Assembly (NCBI RefSeq): GCF_009914755.1
Contig: NC_060929.1
DNA: 64,000 bases
DNA from: the human T2T-CHM13v2.0 reference genome, Homo sapiens
Strand: one strand, 5' to 3'
The position numbers were made by a program, and so were the translations under genes. Positions within the stretch are counted from its first letter, which is position 1. Each line of letters opens with the position of its first letter. Under the pieces are notes generated by a model. That model saw only the letters and a program-made list of their open reading frames with translations, made no database searches and was not told where the DNA came from. Shown here one piece after another: positions 12,820-28,910 of this stretch.

Positions 12820-15060
12820 CTGTGGGTACATTGAAGAGAATGAATTGGTGGAAAAAGGCTGCGGGCAGACCAAGTAAGAAGTTGTTACATTAACCCCAGC
12901 AAGGGATGCAGTGGCCTGGCCTCATGGCAGTGGGGCTAGGCAAAAGTAGATGAATTCTAGGAAAGGTTAGGAGGTAATATTGACAGGAGTTGGCAACTGG
13001 AGGAAAAAGAGGGAGAAGTCAATGGGATCTGGACCACATGGTGAAAGACAACCGTTCAGTAAGGAGCAGAGCATGAGATATTATGGTTGAGTATGAAATT
13101 TATTATGGTTGGACATAATACAATAAGTTGAAGGGAGAGATTTTTTTAAGAAACATATATTTGGAAGTCATTAATATATGAATACAAATGGAGGTCACTG
13201 AGTATGAAAACACCCAGGGTAGCATAGCCAAGACAATACTAGGCAAAAAGAACAAAGCTGGAGTCATCACACTACCTGACTTCAAACTATACTACAAGCC
13301 TACAGTAACCAAAACAGCATGGTACTGGTACCAAAACAGATACACAGACCAATAGAACAGAAGAGAGACCTCAGAAATAACACCACACATCTACAACCAT
13401 CTGACCTTCAACAAACCTGACAAAAACAAGCAAAGAGGAAAGGATTCTCTATTTAATAAATGGTGCTGGGAAAACTGGCTAGCCATAAGCAGAAAACAGA
13501 AACTGGACCCTTTCCTTATACCTTATACAAAAATTAATTCAAGGTAGATTTAAGACTTAAATGTAAAACCCAAAACCATAAAAACCCTAGAAAAAAGCTA
13601 GGCAATATCATTCAGGACATAGGCATGGGCAAACACTTCATGACTAAAACACCAAAAGCAATTGCAACAAAAGCCGAAATTGACAAATGGGATCTAATCA
13701 AACTAAAGAACTTCTGCACAGCAAAAGAAACTATCATCAGAATGAACAGGCAACCTAAAGAATGGGAGAAAATTTTTGCAATCTACCCATCTGACAAAGG
13801 GCTACTATCCAGAATCTACAAGGAACTTAAACAAATTTTCAAGAAAAAAAACCAACCCCATCGAAAAGTAGGCAAAGCATATGAACAGATACTTCTCAAA
13901 AGAAGACATGTATGTGGCCAACAAACATATGAAAAAAAGGTCATCATCACTGGTCATTCAAGAGATGCAAATCAAAACCACAATGAGATACCATCTCATG
14001 CCAGTTAGAATGGCGATCATTAAAAAGTCAGGAAACAACAGGTGCTGGAGAGGATGTGGAGAAATAGGAACACTATTACACTATTGCTGGGAATGTAAAT
14101 TAGTTCAACCATTGTGGAAGACAGTGTAGTGATTCCTCAAGGATCTAGAACCAGAAATATCATTTGACCCAGCAATCCCATTACTGGATATATACCCAAA
14201 GGATTATAAATCATTCTACTATAAAGACACATGCACACATATGTTTATTGAAGGACTATTTATAATAGCAAAGACTTGGAATCAACCCAAATGCCCATCA
14301 ATGATAGACTGGATAAAGAAAATGTGGCACATATACACCATGGAATACTGTGCAGCCATAAAAAAGAATGAGTTCATGTCCTTTGTAGGGACATAGATGA
14401 AGCTGGAAGTCATCATTCTCAGCAAACTAACACAGTAACAGAAAACCAAACATCACACGTTCTCACTCATAAGTGGGAGGTGAACAATGAGAACACATGG
14501 ACACAGGGAGGGGAACATCACATACGAAGGCCCATCAGTGGGTGGGAGGCAAGGTGAGGGAGAGCATTAGGACAAATACCTAATGTATGTGGGGCTTAAA
14601 ACCTAGATGATGGGTTGATAGGTGCAGCAAACCACCATGGCACATGTATACCTATGAAACAAACCTGCAAGTTCTGCATATGTATCCCAGAAGTTAAAGT
14701 AAAATAAATAAAATTTAAAAAGAAAACACCCAGGGTAAGTGTACAGATTGAGGACCTAGGGAAAAACCTCTGAGGAACATCATTTTCAAGGAACAGGACA
14801 GAAGACAAATTGACAAAGGAGACTAAGTTCATGACTAGATAGAATAAAAACCAGGAGAATTTAGTGTTATGATAGCTAAGAGAGAAGATTTCCAGATGGT
14901 GGATATTAACCAAGTCAAATGCTGCTGGGAAATGAAACAAGACAAAAGATTGGGCATTGGAGTTTGCAATATGGATATCATTAGGAACCTGGTTGAGAAT
15001 ATTTTAGTGAAGTTTTGGGGACAGAGATAGGCCTGAAGGGTGTTAAAGAGGGGTGAATGT
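12820..15060 (-). mobile_element. L2 fragment interrupted by the L1PA at 13222-14721
   Basis: The flanks rejoin into an antisense L2-like sequence (tttggaagtcattaatata...; gtcaaatgctgctggga...cattggagtttgcaatatgga). Confidence 0.6.
13222..14721 (+). mobile_element. 5'-truncated L1PA (ORF2 C-terminus + 3'UTR + A tail)
   Basis: ORF2 peptides [21 protein letters not shown] and [17 protein letters not shown]. Perfect 16 bp TSD gaaaacacccagggta at 13206-13221 and 14722-14737. Confidence 0.97.
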
Positions 15061-15065
15061 AAGAT

Positions 15066-15485
15066 TGTGTCTTTGAGGTGCTATACAGGAACACATGAGT
15101 GGGGTAATTTATAAAGGAAAGAGGTTTATTTGGCTCACAGTTCTGTAGAACATTCAAAAAGCATGGCACCAGCATCTGTTTCTGGTGAGAAATTCAGGCT
15201 GCTTCCACTCAAGGCAGAATGGGAGGGGGAACTGGCATGCAGAGATCACATGGCAAGAGAAGAAACAAGAAAGAGGTGAGGAGGTGCTGGGCTCTTTTTA
15301 ACAACCAGCTTTTGCAGGAACTAATAGAGCAAGAAGAGAACTCACTCATTACCATAAGGATGGCACCAAATTATTCACAAGGGATACGCCTCCATGACCC
15401 AAACACCTCCCATTAGGCCCCACCTCCAACACTGAGAATCAAATTTCAACGTGCAGCATAAGGGACAAATATTCCAATTATAACA
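15066..15485 (-). mobile_element. MSTB-type MaLR solo LTR
   Basis: ggtaatttataaaggaaagaggtttatttggctcacagttctg...catggcaccagcatctg...acctcccattaggccccacctccaacact. Confidence 0.85.
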
Positions 15486-16005
15486 GAGCACCAGGGGAGA
15501 AAGTAGGAAAAACAAGTGGGACACCTCTTTCAATAAGTTTAGCTAAAAAGGAGAACAAAAAATGAGATGGTAAAGATTTGTAACTTTTTTTTTTTTTTTG
15601 AAAAGAGAGAAATGCTAATCTGGAGAGGCCAGTAAAGAGGATGAGGTTGAAAATTCAGGTCAGCATGAGGATAACTAGTGTCACAAGGTACCTGGGGAGC
15701 TGGGATGGGTCTAGCCCAGGGATTAGGGGATGTGTTATGGATAATAATAAAAAACATGTCTTCACTGTAATGGGATGGAGTGAGGAAAGAATGGACATGG
15801 TGGCTGCAGGTGAGATTTTCAATATGGTGGAGGAAAACTGAAGCAGTTTCCTTCTGCTGGCTTTTTATTCTTCTGTTAAGTAGGACATGAAGTTTTCTAA
15901 ATGCTTGATTTTGAAAGGAGAGCTATTCTAGCATTTAAACCAAACTTTTAATACAAATAAATCCAAGATTTTCATGTGGTACCATCTCTGCATAGGTCTA
16001 AATTT

Positions 16006-16085
16006 TTATTTATTTATTTATTTGAGACGGAGTCTTGCTCTGTCACCCAGGCTGGAGTGCAGTGGCACAATCGCGGCTCACTGCA
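16006..16085 (-). mobile_element. Heavily 5'-truncated Alu (last ~65 nt plus tail)
   Basis: (ttta)n then tgagacggagtcttgctctgtcacccaggctggagtgcagtgg...ctcactgca. TSD aggtctaaattt at 15994-16005 and 16085-16096. Confidence 0.93.
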
Positions 16086-16176
16086 GGTCTAAATTTATAA
16101 GACCATAATCTAATGGTTTAAAACAATTTAAAAAGAGGTTGCAATGTTATTTGATGCTCAACTTTATAAAAGAGCT

Positions 16177-16601
16177 TGTCTTAGTCTATTTACTGTAGCT
16201 ATAACAGAATTTCTGAGATGGGGTAGTTGATAAATAAAAGAGGTTTATTTGGCTCATGATTCTGGTGGCTGGAGAGTTCAAGATTGGGTAGCTATATCTC
16301 ATGGAGCCCTCAGGCGCTTTCACTCATGGTGGAAGGTGGAAGGGGAGCTGGTGTGTGCAGAGATCACATGCCATGAGAGTAAGCAAGAGAAAGAGGGAGG
16401 GAGATAGTAGGCTTTTTTCAGCAACCAGCTCTCAAGGGAATGAATAAAGCAAGAACTCATTCACCCCAGAGGAAGGGCATTAATCTATTCATGAGGAGTC
16501 TGCCTCTATGACCCAAATACATCCCATTAGGCCTCACTTCCAACACTGGGGATAAAATTTCAACATGAAGTTTGGAGGGGACAAATATCCAAACCATAGC
16601 A
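16177..16601 (-). mobile_element. MSTB/MSTC-type MaLR solo LTR
   Basis: tgtcttagtc...aaatatccaaaccatagca with a 5 bp TSD gagct at 16172-16176 and 16602-16606. Confidence 0.9.
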
Positions 16602-17494
16602 GAGCTCATTCATAATACACAAAAAGAATTCTCAACCCCCTTTGACTCCTCTACAAATCTCTCACTTCTGTAGCTTCTCAAGAGCCTCCCAAACACCAAA
16701 AATACCCCTCCATACCCAGCCAGGGCCAACTTTCCTTTCTCTCTTCTCATTCTTTGCCTTCTAGCTCTCTATTATGAAAATAAACTGAAGGCTTTTAGCT
16801 AAATCTTTTTCTCTTTCTTCTTATTTTTAGACTTCTCCCCCTTCTATCCATTTTCCAGATTTAAAGTTTTCCATCACAGTAGATCCAGCAACAGGTCTGG
16901 AAAATACAGAATTTTACTCAGAAGACTCTAATAGGAATATAAAATGAATGAACATAGGGGAAGAACTCACACATGATTAAGTCAAGGCACAGCCCTCTCA
17001 TCAGTAAGACACAAGCTACCCTCGTAGAATGTGATGTCAAAGTTGGAGAATGGCCTAGCATAGCCATCACCATTTGTGTAGACCTTAAATGCTGAGGGCT
17101 GCCCCCTCCCAAAAGAACAGAGGTTAAGTGGATAAAAAAGAGTGATCAATAACTCCGAAAAATTGACCATGGCATAGTGATGTAGCTGATACTGGACAAA
17201 ATTTGAATTATTGATCATGTACAGCATCTGTACATTTAAGACATTAATTCTTCAGATACTGAAAGATTCTAAAAGGAATGAACAGGAATGTTAACCACAG
17301 GACTTATTGGAGACTATAGGTTAGGCTGAGCCAGGAACAAAATCCCTCTATGCATTAATAAACTTAGTAAACCCACAGGGAATGTGGGAGATGCTTTCCA
17401 CTCTTCCATGTAGCTGTTGAAGGGCTCATTACCTGTGCACACAAACAAGAGAAAAATCAAAATTCCTCTCCCATAAAGCGATACTTCAAAGAAA

Positions 17495-18330
17495 TTGTCT
17501 TATAAGTCAAGTACAAAGAACAACAAAATCACACTGGATTAACACAACAAAACTGATTTCTTGCTCATGCAAAGTTATTTGTGGATCCAGCAACCTTGGA
17601 GAACAGGTGTCCTCCAAGGCAATGTCTCAGCCTCCTAGGCTGCTGTGAACCTCTCTTTTCTCTGACTCAACATGCATCCATATGGCCACTAAGGGGAAAA
17701 GAGTACTGGAGAGTTTCCATGCTGGACATACCCCTTTGCCTCTTGAGAGGCCCTCACCAGCATTCTTCACCCTGATTTTGGTTGCAGGAGGCAGATCTGT
17801 TTGGAATGCATAAATGAGCTATCTTGTCTTCTGGCTTCTCATTCGATTTGACCAATAGGATGCACCAGCAGGAGATCCAAGGGCAGAAACTGGGTGAGTT
17901 TAGGGCGTTATTCCTCCACTCACTTCCTGTGAAATCACAGTGGCCTGGCTGCACCCCTCTACGGAGGACCAGCACTTGCTCACATACTGTCTGCCTCCCT
18001 ATCTCTTCCACTCTCTGCATTCTTGTACTTGCTCCCTTCCCTTGCCTTTTCAAGCTTAGGTGCTGTAAGACCTCCCCAGAGTACACCACCATCCTGCTGC
18101 TTTCTTAAAACATAGCCCACACCTTTGCAAACTTAAACTCCAGCCTAGTCCCTTTAGTAAACTCTTCCATTACTCAGATTTTAAATGATTTGCTCTGAAC
18201 GTGGCCCACATCACTTCCACTTGAAATCATCGACCAGAATTAGTTACATTCCTTGCTTAACTTTAACAGGAATGGGAAGTTTAATCCTCTCAATTACCCA
18301 AGAGAAAGGAGAACCAGATATTGGCGAAAA
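17495..18330 (-). mobile_element. Old MLT1 (K/L-like) LTR interrupted by an LTR33-like ERVL LTR (~17715-18180)
   Basis: Outer parts aacacaacaaaactgatttcttgctcatgc and cacatcacttccac...ccagaattagttacat. Inner part ttctggcttctcattcgatttgaccaataggatgcaccagcaggagatc. Confidence 0.5.
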
Positions 18331-20330
18331 CTAGAAGTCTACTGCTGAGACCTAGCAATAGACATAATGTGATTTACATGATAATTATAGAGAAGCAGGT
18401 CACTTTCTCACTTTCATCATTAGAAACAGCACATAACTCATCACAATCCCTTTTCAGTGTGCTTCCAAACAGTTGGAGCACTTCCAAAAGCAGTGATCAA
18501 GTACAAAATTACCAAATCAATCCTCAAATTGGCAATCAGATTGAAATAACTGTTTCCTCTCAGGTTAAAGAAGATTAACCATTAGCTCTTTAGAAGAATA
18601 AGCAGGGCAGTCACAGACTTTATGCAATATTGATTGGATGTATCCTCACATACAAATGCCATAGAGTAGCTCTCAGGGAGCTATTACACAACTGTCTCAG
18701 GAGAGGCAGAGATACCATGTTATACTTCAATACGTATATGATGATTGATTAAAACAACCAGAGGTAGGTGTAATACTAGCTACTGGCCAGCCCAGAAATG
18801 ACCAGGGCATGCAGAATAAGAATAGACTGGAGTCAGGAGCTGGATGTCTTTGGCCACATCTTTTAGTCTGGTTCCTTAAATATAAACTAAGGCAACTAGA
18901 TCAAAGGTTTTTTATCTGTGATAAATGGATCTATCTCATTAGATCTGCTAAAATGTTACAAAATTGGAAATATATTTGCTTGTGTGGTTTTCTAATGGAA
19001 AATATTCACAGGTTTCATAAGACCTACAGAAATATCCTATAACCCTCCCCCACCCCCACCAAAAGAGGTTAGAACCACAGGGCTGGATGATGTCACACAC
19101 TGCTTCCAAATCCAACATTTTATAATTCTATGGTCACTTCTGGTCAATATATTGGTCTGATGAAAAGACCATATAATATATTCTCATGAAACTAAAACTT
19201 TCCCAGTATAGAGACAGCAGACAGGTAATGCTCAATAGAGGTATGTAAATCTGAATCTGTATTTATTTTTCCTAATTTTTGAAAATGTCATCTGTAAAAG
19301 GTCAGAGAAACATCTGTTATAAATGATTCCTTCTGTTTTCTTTTTGTTATTTACCCCAAAATAAGGATTCCCACACTTGCTTTACATTTCATATTTGTTT
19401 TACTCTCAGTGACTCTATATAAAGTAAGAGGTATACAAGAGTTTCCTCCAAATGAGATTACATGACTATTCAACTTTGAAACAAGATCCTGAAATACCTA
19501 TTTAAATAACCAGTAATTGTTATGCACAAAATCTTCTCCAAAGAACAAACTTTAAAATGGTTATTAGCAACTCTTAATGGACCAAATTTTCTAACTCAAT
19601 GTCCTAAGGTACCTAAACCACCTGCTCTCAGCTTTATTGTCCTGTTGCTTTAATTAACCATAGGTTCAGTTTAACTTGCATTCTAATTGGGTCCTTGACT
19701 AATTGTGCATTAAATACTTGGTAGCACAATACAGATAAGTAACTATCAACTTTCATTTGAACATAGAAAGCAATCTGGGAAGGCTTAGGATGTCATTAGA
19801 CTGTAGTTGATGGTTTCCCGTGGAAACAAAGGAGAAGGAAAAGATTAAAATGACTCAAAAGCATGATCGATACCCACAGGCATACATCAGAGATCAGAAA
19901 TCTTTAAAATAAAGTTTTGTGTTAAGTTAGATACACTACCCATTCTGGCATTTTCAAAGTGTATTTAGGGTGAGGCTGAATTCAACTCCAGGATTCAGGA
20001 GAGGTTGAATGTGCAGATTCTTATAAGAACTTGTGAGTATATGTCCTGGTATTCACTGTCTTGTCAGCCAATGTTAGCTTTTGGCAATGGCAGAAAATAA
20101 CTGAGTCCTCTGTACTCCAGGGTCCATGTAGCTCTACTGAAAACTTGTTTCTTCTTTACATGCTCTTCTTTCCACTCTGGCTTTCCTAACACCTAAATGT
20201 CTGATATCCCTCTTTCTCCAACAATTACTTAAATATTGGTGCTATCTGGCCGTCTAGCCTGAGGCCCCTCACATTGTTTTTATGCATGAATGAAGAACTC
20301 CCACTTACGAATTCTTAGCAAATATATCAT

Positions 20331-22819
<2,489 letters not shown>

Positions 22820-23022
22820 TGATAAGACAAGGGATTAGTCAGATGGGTTAATTCCATAATTTACGGTTCATTAGCCCAATTCGGTATACCCTCAAAACTT
22901 TCAGCCTAAGAAGAGTCCTAGAGATCCTGCCTCAGACTGGGGATATAGCTTTGTTACCAGAAAAGAGTCCCGATCCAGACTCCGAGAGAGTAGTACTTGG
23001 ATACTGCAAAAGAAAGAATTTA

Positions 23023-23457
<435 letters not shown>

Positions 23458-23531
23458 TTATAGTTATTTCTTGATTACATGCTAAACAAGGGGTGAATTA
23501 TTCATGAGTTTTCCAGAAAGGCATGGGCAAT

Positions 23532-23540
23532 TTCCCAGAA
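23532..23540. promoter_or_regulatory. GAS (STAT) motif TTCCCAGAA in MER41B
   Basis: Exact TTCN3GAA at the known MER41B STAT1 position. Function not shown. Confidence 0.6.
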
Positions 23541-23869
23541 CTGAGGGTTTCTCCTGATTTTAGACCACATAAGGTAACTTTCTGACATTGCTATGGCATG
23601 TGTACACTGTCATGGCACTGGTGGGAGTGTAGCAGTGAGGACAGTCAGAGGTGACTCTCATAGCCATCTTGGTTTTGGTGGGTTTTAGCCAGCTTCTTTA
23701 CTGCAAGTTGCTTTATCAGCAATGTCTTTATGACCTGTATTTTGTTCTCCTACCTCAGCCTGTGACTTAGAATGCCTAACCATCTGGGAATGCAGACCAG
23801 TAGATCTCAGCTTTATTCTACCCAGCCCCAATTTAAAATGGAGTTGCTCTGGTTCAAATGCCTCTGACA

Positions 23870-26600
23870 GTTTGGCAGCATCTAAATGACATCAGTTTGG
23901 AAGTTTGTACCCCAAGAGTCTACACGAGGGAGCATAAAGTAGTTCAAAGTGCCTGCTATAATCCTTTCCATGAGATCTAAGAGTAAAGCCTCAATTGCTG
24001 GCCTGTACCTTACGCGAGAGCCTTCAGGGAAGCATCAGAGTAAAACAAAAATTATCTGGAGATGACAAAGACTTATGGTTGTGGTCAATTTATTACTGTA
24101 ATTAATATCAGAATGCAGGAGGATACAATTCCCATTAGAGTATAGAGAATAATTATTTCATAAGGGTTTGATCAATGTCTCCCAAGAGTAAGGCAAATCC
24201 CCAGAATCTTCTTATAAGAAATATACTTTCTGAAATACTCATGTTCATATTCATAACATTGTACCTCTACAAACTCAAGAGGAGGTTAAGCATCTCTTCT
24301 AATTTGACAGCTTTTCCCATGGGGCTCTTGCAATACTGTTGGGCTAATTTAAGAAATACATAGCACATAAAACAAAATTTTTTTTATGTTTGTCTTTTCA
24401 TACAGTAAGAAAGTAAATCTTTGTGAGTGGTTGGGGGCCTTTGGGAAATTTCAAAGGTATTTTTCGGTGTAAAAGATATCATGACATTTTTATTTTATTT
24501 TTTCTAAATATAGGAGCTGATCTTTGCAAGGCAAAGTCGAAAGGGTTGTCAGGAGATTTGGGGCACTTGATTTTGATTAGATCATAAGCACCTGAGAAAC
24601 AACTGCATGGTGATCTGTTTAATCAATGTGACAAGAAAATATTTTGAAATAAACATAAAAGATAATATGCTCATAAAGAACCTTAGTTCTTTCACATGTG
24701 AGAAAAGTTTGTTCTCTGGATTTTTCTTCAACAATCAAGGACATAATAAAGTCAAAATAAAGCACACACATAAAGCACAGAAAATGGTTCTGGTAGGCAC
24801 AGGTTCTCTGCTCCCCAGACAGATTTCAGAGAAGTTAAAAAATAATCTTTCATTCTGTAAACGAAGGCATTAATCATCAAACCAAGGAAATAAACCCATC
24901 AAAAATGAACCAACATTTAAGATTTTAATTTACTTTATGCCTTCTTTTCAGATTTAGTTATTAAAAACCAAGGCAAATAAAATTCATTTTCCAGGTCTCA
25001 TATTTTACTGAGCTCTTTCATAGTGTGGAACAAATTGACTTTTATATTAGGATAAAACTACTCTCCTTTTTCTTACAAAACAAAGGCATATGCCCACCTG
25101 CCTTTCTCTGTCATGACCTCTAGTATAGTCTCAACCACAGATACTGATTACAGTTTCTCATCAAGGTGAATATTTCCTATTTCACAGAGAAAAATAGAGG
25201 GTATATGATTGAGAAGTGTCATTCTGCAGCATTTTAGCAGAATAGCACGGCTCATGAACACATTTAACACAGCTTTGGACAGTCACAGCCACCCCTTTTA
25301 CATCTTCTTAAAGTGGCAAAAATGACATTTATTAACATGATATAGACTCTTCAGCATGTAGAATTATAAAACTTAAAATCATGCTTAGACATCAAGATTT
25401 CAGTATTCTGCATTACTTACACAATGTCTAGATATCTAAGAATTACCCATTAATTAGCTTAAATTAATATTAGTTCAAGACTTTAAATTACCTAAAGACC
25501 TTGGAAATTACATTTAAACTAGCACGCTGAAAAACATAATTACCACTGATAGAAAAGTTTGTTAGAAAAATGATTCAATTTAGTTGAACACAAATTACTT
25601 TTCTCATAATCTTTAAAACTCTGTAGGAGTATTATTAGCTTATTTTATCTCAAAACCTATATAATTTTAGAAAGTTTAGGCTATTTTTTTCAGAGAAAAA
25701 CAACCCAAGTAAAATAACATGTATATACAGTTAATATCAATAATTTTGAAACCATGATTATTAAATAAATTGTTCCCATTTGCCAAATATATATATTAAT
25801 TATGTGAACCTAGATTCTTAAAAGTTTTCAACGTAGCAGTTTGTGTAAAAATAATTTTTAAAGTATAGCACATTTTTAAAAGTCTAGCACTTTTAAAGTA
25901 TTAGAAATTTGATTTTACTACTTTAAAGAAACTCTAAGAATATTTGATTTACTTAGGTATGTATTCATCTCTATAAGTAATTAGAACAAAGCTCTTTTAA
26001 CTGAAGAACCATAACAACCTAATTTATTAATATCTCCTGGAAATAGGGAAGAAATCATACCAGTCCAATGAGGGATTACGGCCTTTGTCAGTTACGTATA
26101 CACAAACACACAAACATGAAAACATATACAGAATTTACAGCTTCAGTTCTACAGCAACTGCCCCAGGTCAAAATAAACATAGACACATACGAACTCCGTG
26201 GTCCAGATTTCAAAGAGCTGTTCTCCTTCCCAGAAATTTTTAATTGGTTGGAGCTCAAAATAGACAAACAAAATCTAAAAGAACCCAACAAAGAACTGTG
26301 TCTCTCACCCAACAGAGAAGAGACCATTATTGTCCACCTATAGAGATCAACAAATTGAAGATAATAGAACCATATTTCCAATCCTTGCTGCCTCCAAGGA
26401 GGAATAAATTAGTATCCGTGTGAGCAAGAAACAAAAACAAAACACAAAATCAGGGAAAAGGAAGAAAATAAAGAGAAAATCAAGGTTAAACTTCTACAGC
26501 CACTTGGAACTTAGACTGAGAGCCAAGAAAAGACTCCCCCAGGCTTCGGCAGCCCATGAGGTGCACTTGTCCCATAATAGTTGTCAAGTAAATCCTGTCG
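23870..26600 (-). mobile_element. Probable degenerate ERV1 (MER4-group) internal sequence; likely also ~19900-20320 and 22758-22951
   Basis: AT-rich, non-coding sequence resembling MER4-group internal regions. Recognised by general resemblance only. Confidence 0.4.
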
Positions 26601-27189
26601 TCTCCCTGGGGCTTCTAAACTAATATAGAATAATTTTCAAATGGTAAAATTATGACTGTCATACAAATATAAAATAAACAGGGGTGAACAGTTTTACTTT
26701 CCTCATGAATTCATGAAAAAACGCTGATATTTAAGCATTTATGCCCAGAACATGCAGCTGGAATGGTGAACCATATAATTTTGCACAGCTTCCTTAAGTC
26801 ATAGCTATTGGAACTGTAGAAGTCAAAGCAGATGGTGGTGACTCCATTATTTAATCTGGTTCACAAAACATCGTATCTGTCACATGCTCTTTGTAACATC
26901 TAAGGTAATTACAAACATTTATTATTTAAAATTTGATTTTTATAATTGTCAAAATATATTCAAAATTTAGTTGGCTAAATTGGTTGAATGATCAAACTGG
27001 ACAACCATCATTGTACCAGGAGGCTGAAACCATGGGCTCAGTCTCTCCCACTGACACTGACCAACTTTGCACTCAACACTCTGGAAATCCAGCATCTCAT
27101 TCATAAAATGTAAAGGTCAGGATGCACACTCTTTGAGGGCCTTTCCAGCTCCAAAGTCGATGGCAATGTTGTCAATGAAAGATCAACAG

Positions 27190-27342
27190 ATCAGTGCATT
27201 ATACCCAGGGTGCTTGTACAGTTAAAAAGTTTCTGGCCCCCTTCCCAGATACACCAAACAGAATTTGGGTGGAATCCAGGAATCTGCATTTTAAATAATA
27301 TCCATATTATTCTTATACAAACTAAAGTTTGAAAATCATTAG
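27190..27342. mobile_element. MER5-family hAT MITE
   Basis: ccaggaatctgcattttaaataa...attcttatacaaactaaagtttgaaaatcattag. Confidence 0.65.
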
Positions 27343-27669
27343 TATATGGATGTTTTTCCCCTGAACAAAAACCAGTTATGACTGAAAAATAGTTATCGAG
27401 TTTTTCTGGTAAGTGGTACACTACTCAGTGCCTTCAAGTAAAGGTGATCTACATTACAAGTTGTCTAAAATGATGTTTGAAAAGGAACCAGGTTGTCAGG
27501 TTGTCACTATTTTTAAAGTGGTGGTTTATTATGGTACATGGTTCATTATACCAACTATAAGATTTTGAGTATCTGCTTAGTTCACCAGTGAACAGCTGTG
27601 AACCAATGTGTAGATTCTTTTACCCATTCCTCTTGCTTTTCCCTTTCTTCTTTCTTAGAAGTGGTTTAG

Positions 27670-28910
27670 AGAAAACAAATAAAACCAAAAGCTGGTTCTT
27701 TGAAAATATAAATAAACTTGGTAAATCTTTCACTACACTAACCAACAAAATGAGAGACAAGACACAAATTATCAATATCAGAACTTAAAGAGGGGTCATA
27801 ACTACCAGTCCTATGGTTAGTAAAAGGCTAATTAAAAATACCAGCAATAATGTTTTACCCACAAATCTGATAACTTGGTAAGACAGACCAATTCCTTGAA
27901 AAACACAAATAATCAAAATTCATATGAGAAGTAATTTGAATAAGCCTGTGTTATTAAAGAAATTAAATCAACAAGTAATAACCTTACAAAACAGAAAGGA
28001 CCTGGCTCAGCTGGAATTACTGGTGAATTCTACCAAACATTTAAAGAAGAACTAATACCAATTTTTACAATGCCTTCCAAGAAGATAGAAGTAGAGGGAA
28101 CATTTCCCAACTTAATATGAGGCCAGCATTGCCCTAATATCAAAACCATGCAAAGACATTATAAGACAGGAAATCTGTAGACGAACATTTGTCATGTACA
28201 CAGACTTAAAAACCCTCAACAGAATATTAGCAAATAAAATACAACCAAGTGTAAGAAGAATTGTATACAACTAAGTGGGAAATATTACAGGTATGCAAGG
28301 CTGTTTCAACATTCAGACATCAATCATTGTGGTCCACCATGTCAACAGGCTAAATAAGAAAAATCATATAATCATATCAATGGATGTAGAAAAACCATTT
28401 GACAGGATCTAACACCCAGTCATGATGAAAATCCTCAGTACACAAAAAGGATAAAGGAAGCTTCTCAACTTGATTTAAAGCCATACCAAGATGTCAGTAG
28501 CTAACATCATACTTACTTGTGAGAAACGGAATGCTTTCCTCTTAAGATCAGGAAAAAAGTAAGATATTGTCTCTCACTATTTCTACACAACACTATTTCT
28601 ACAAAACATTCTAGAAATCCTAAGTAGTGCAATATGACAAGCAAGGGTTATACAGATTGGAAAGAAAGAAAACCCTCTTCGTCCACCGCCATACCAGCCT
28701 GAACGCACCCGAGCTCGTCGATCTCCGAAGCTAAGCAGGGTTGGGCCTGGTTAGTACTTGGATGGGAGAAAACTGTCTTCATTCACAAATGATATGATTA
28801 TCTATGCAGAAAACCCCCTAAGAATCCACAAAATAACTCTTGGAGCTAATAAGAGAATAACAAGGTCATAGGATATAAGGTTAATACACAAAAGATTATT
28901 GCTTTTATCT
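27670..28910 (+). mobile_element. Old L1M ORF2 fragment (RT region)
   Basis: aaccaaaagctggttctttgaaaa; ggtgaattctaccaaacatttaaagaagaa; degenerate FADDMI codons (ttc aca aat gat atg att) near 28782. Confidence 0.85.
28681..28769 (+). pseudogene. 5S rRNA retropseudogene, nt 1 to ~90, 3'-truncated, no poly(A)
   Basis: gtccaccgccataccagcctgaacgcacccgagctcgtcgatctccgaagctaagcagggttgggcctggttagtacttggatgggaga matches human 5S. TSD agaaaac(cc/tg)tcttc at 28667-28680 and 28767-28780. Confidence 0.95.

Noticed and set aside
28681-28769. Functional 5S rRNA gene
   Set aside because: Lacks the last ~30 nt and the terminator, has several substitutions, and is flanked by a TSD.
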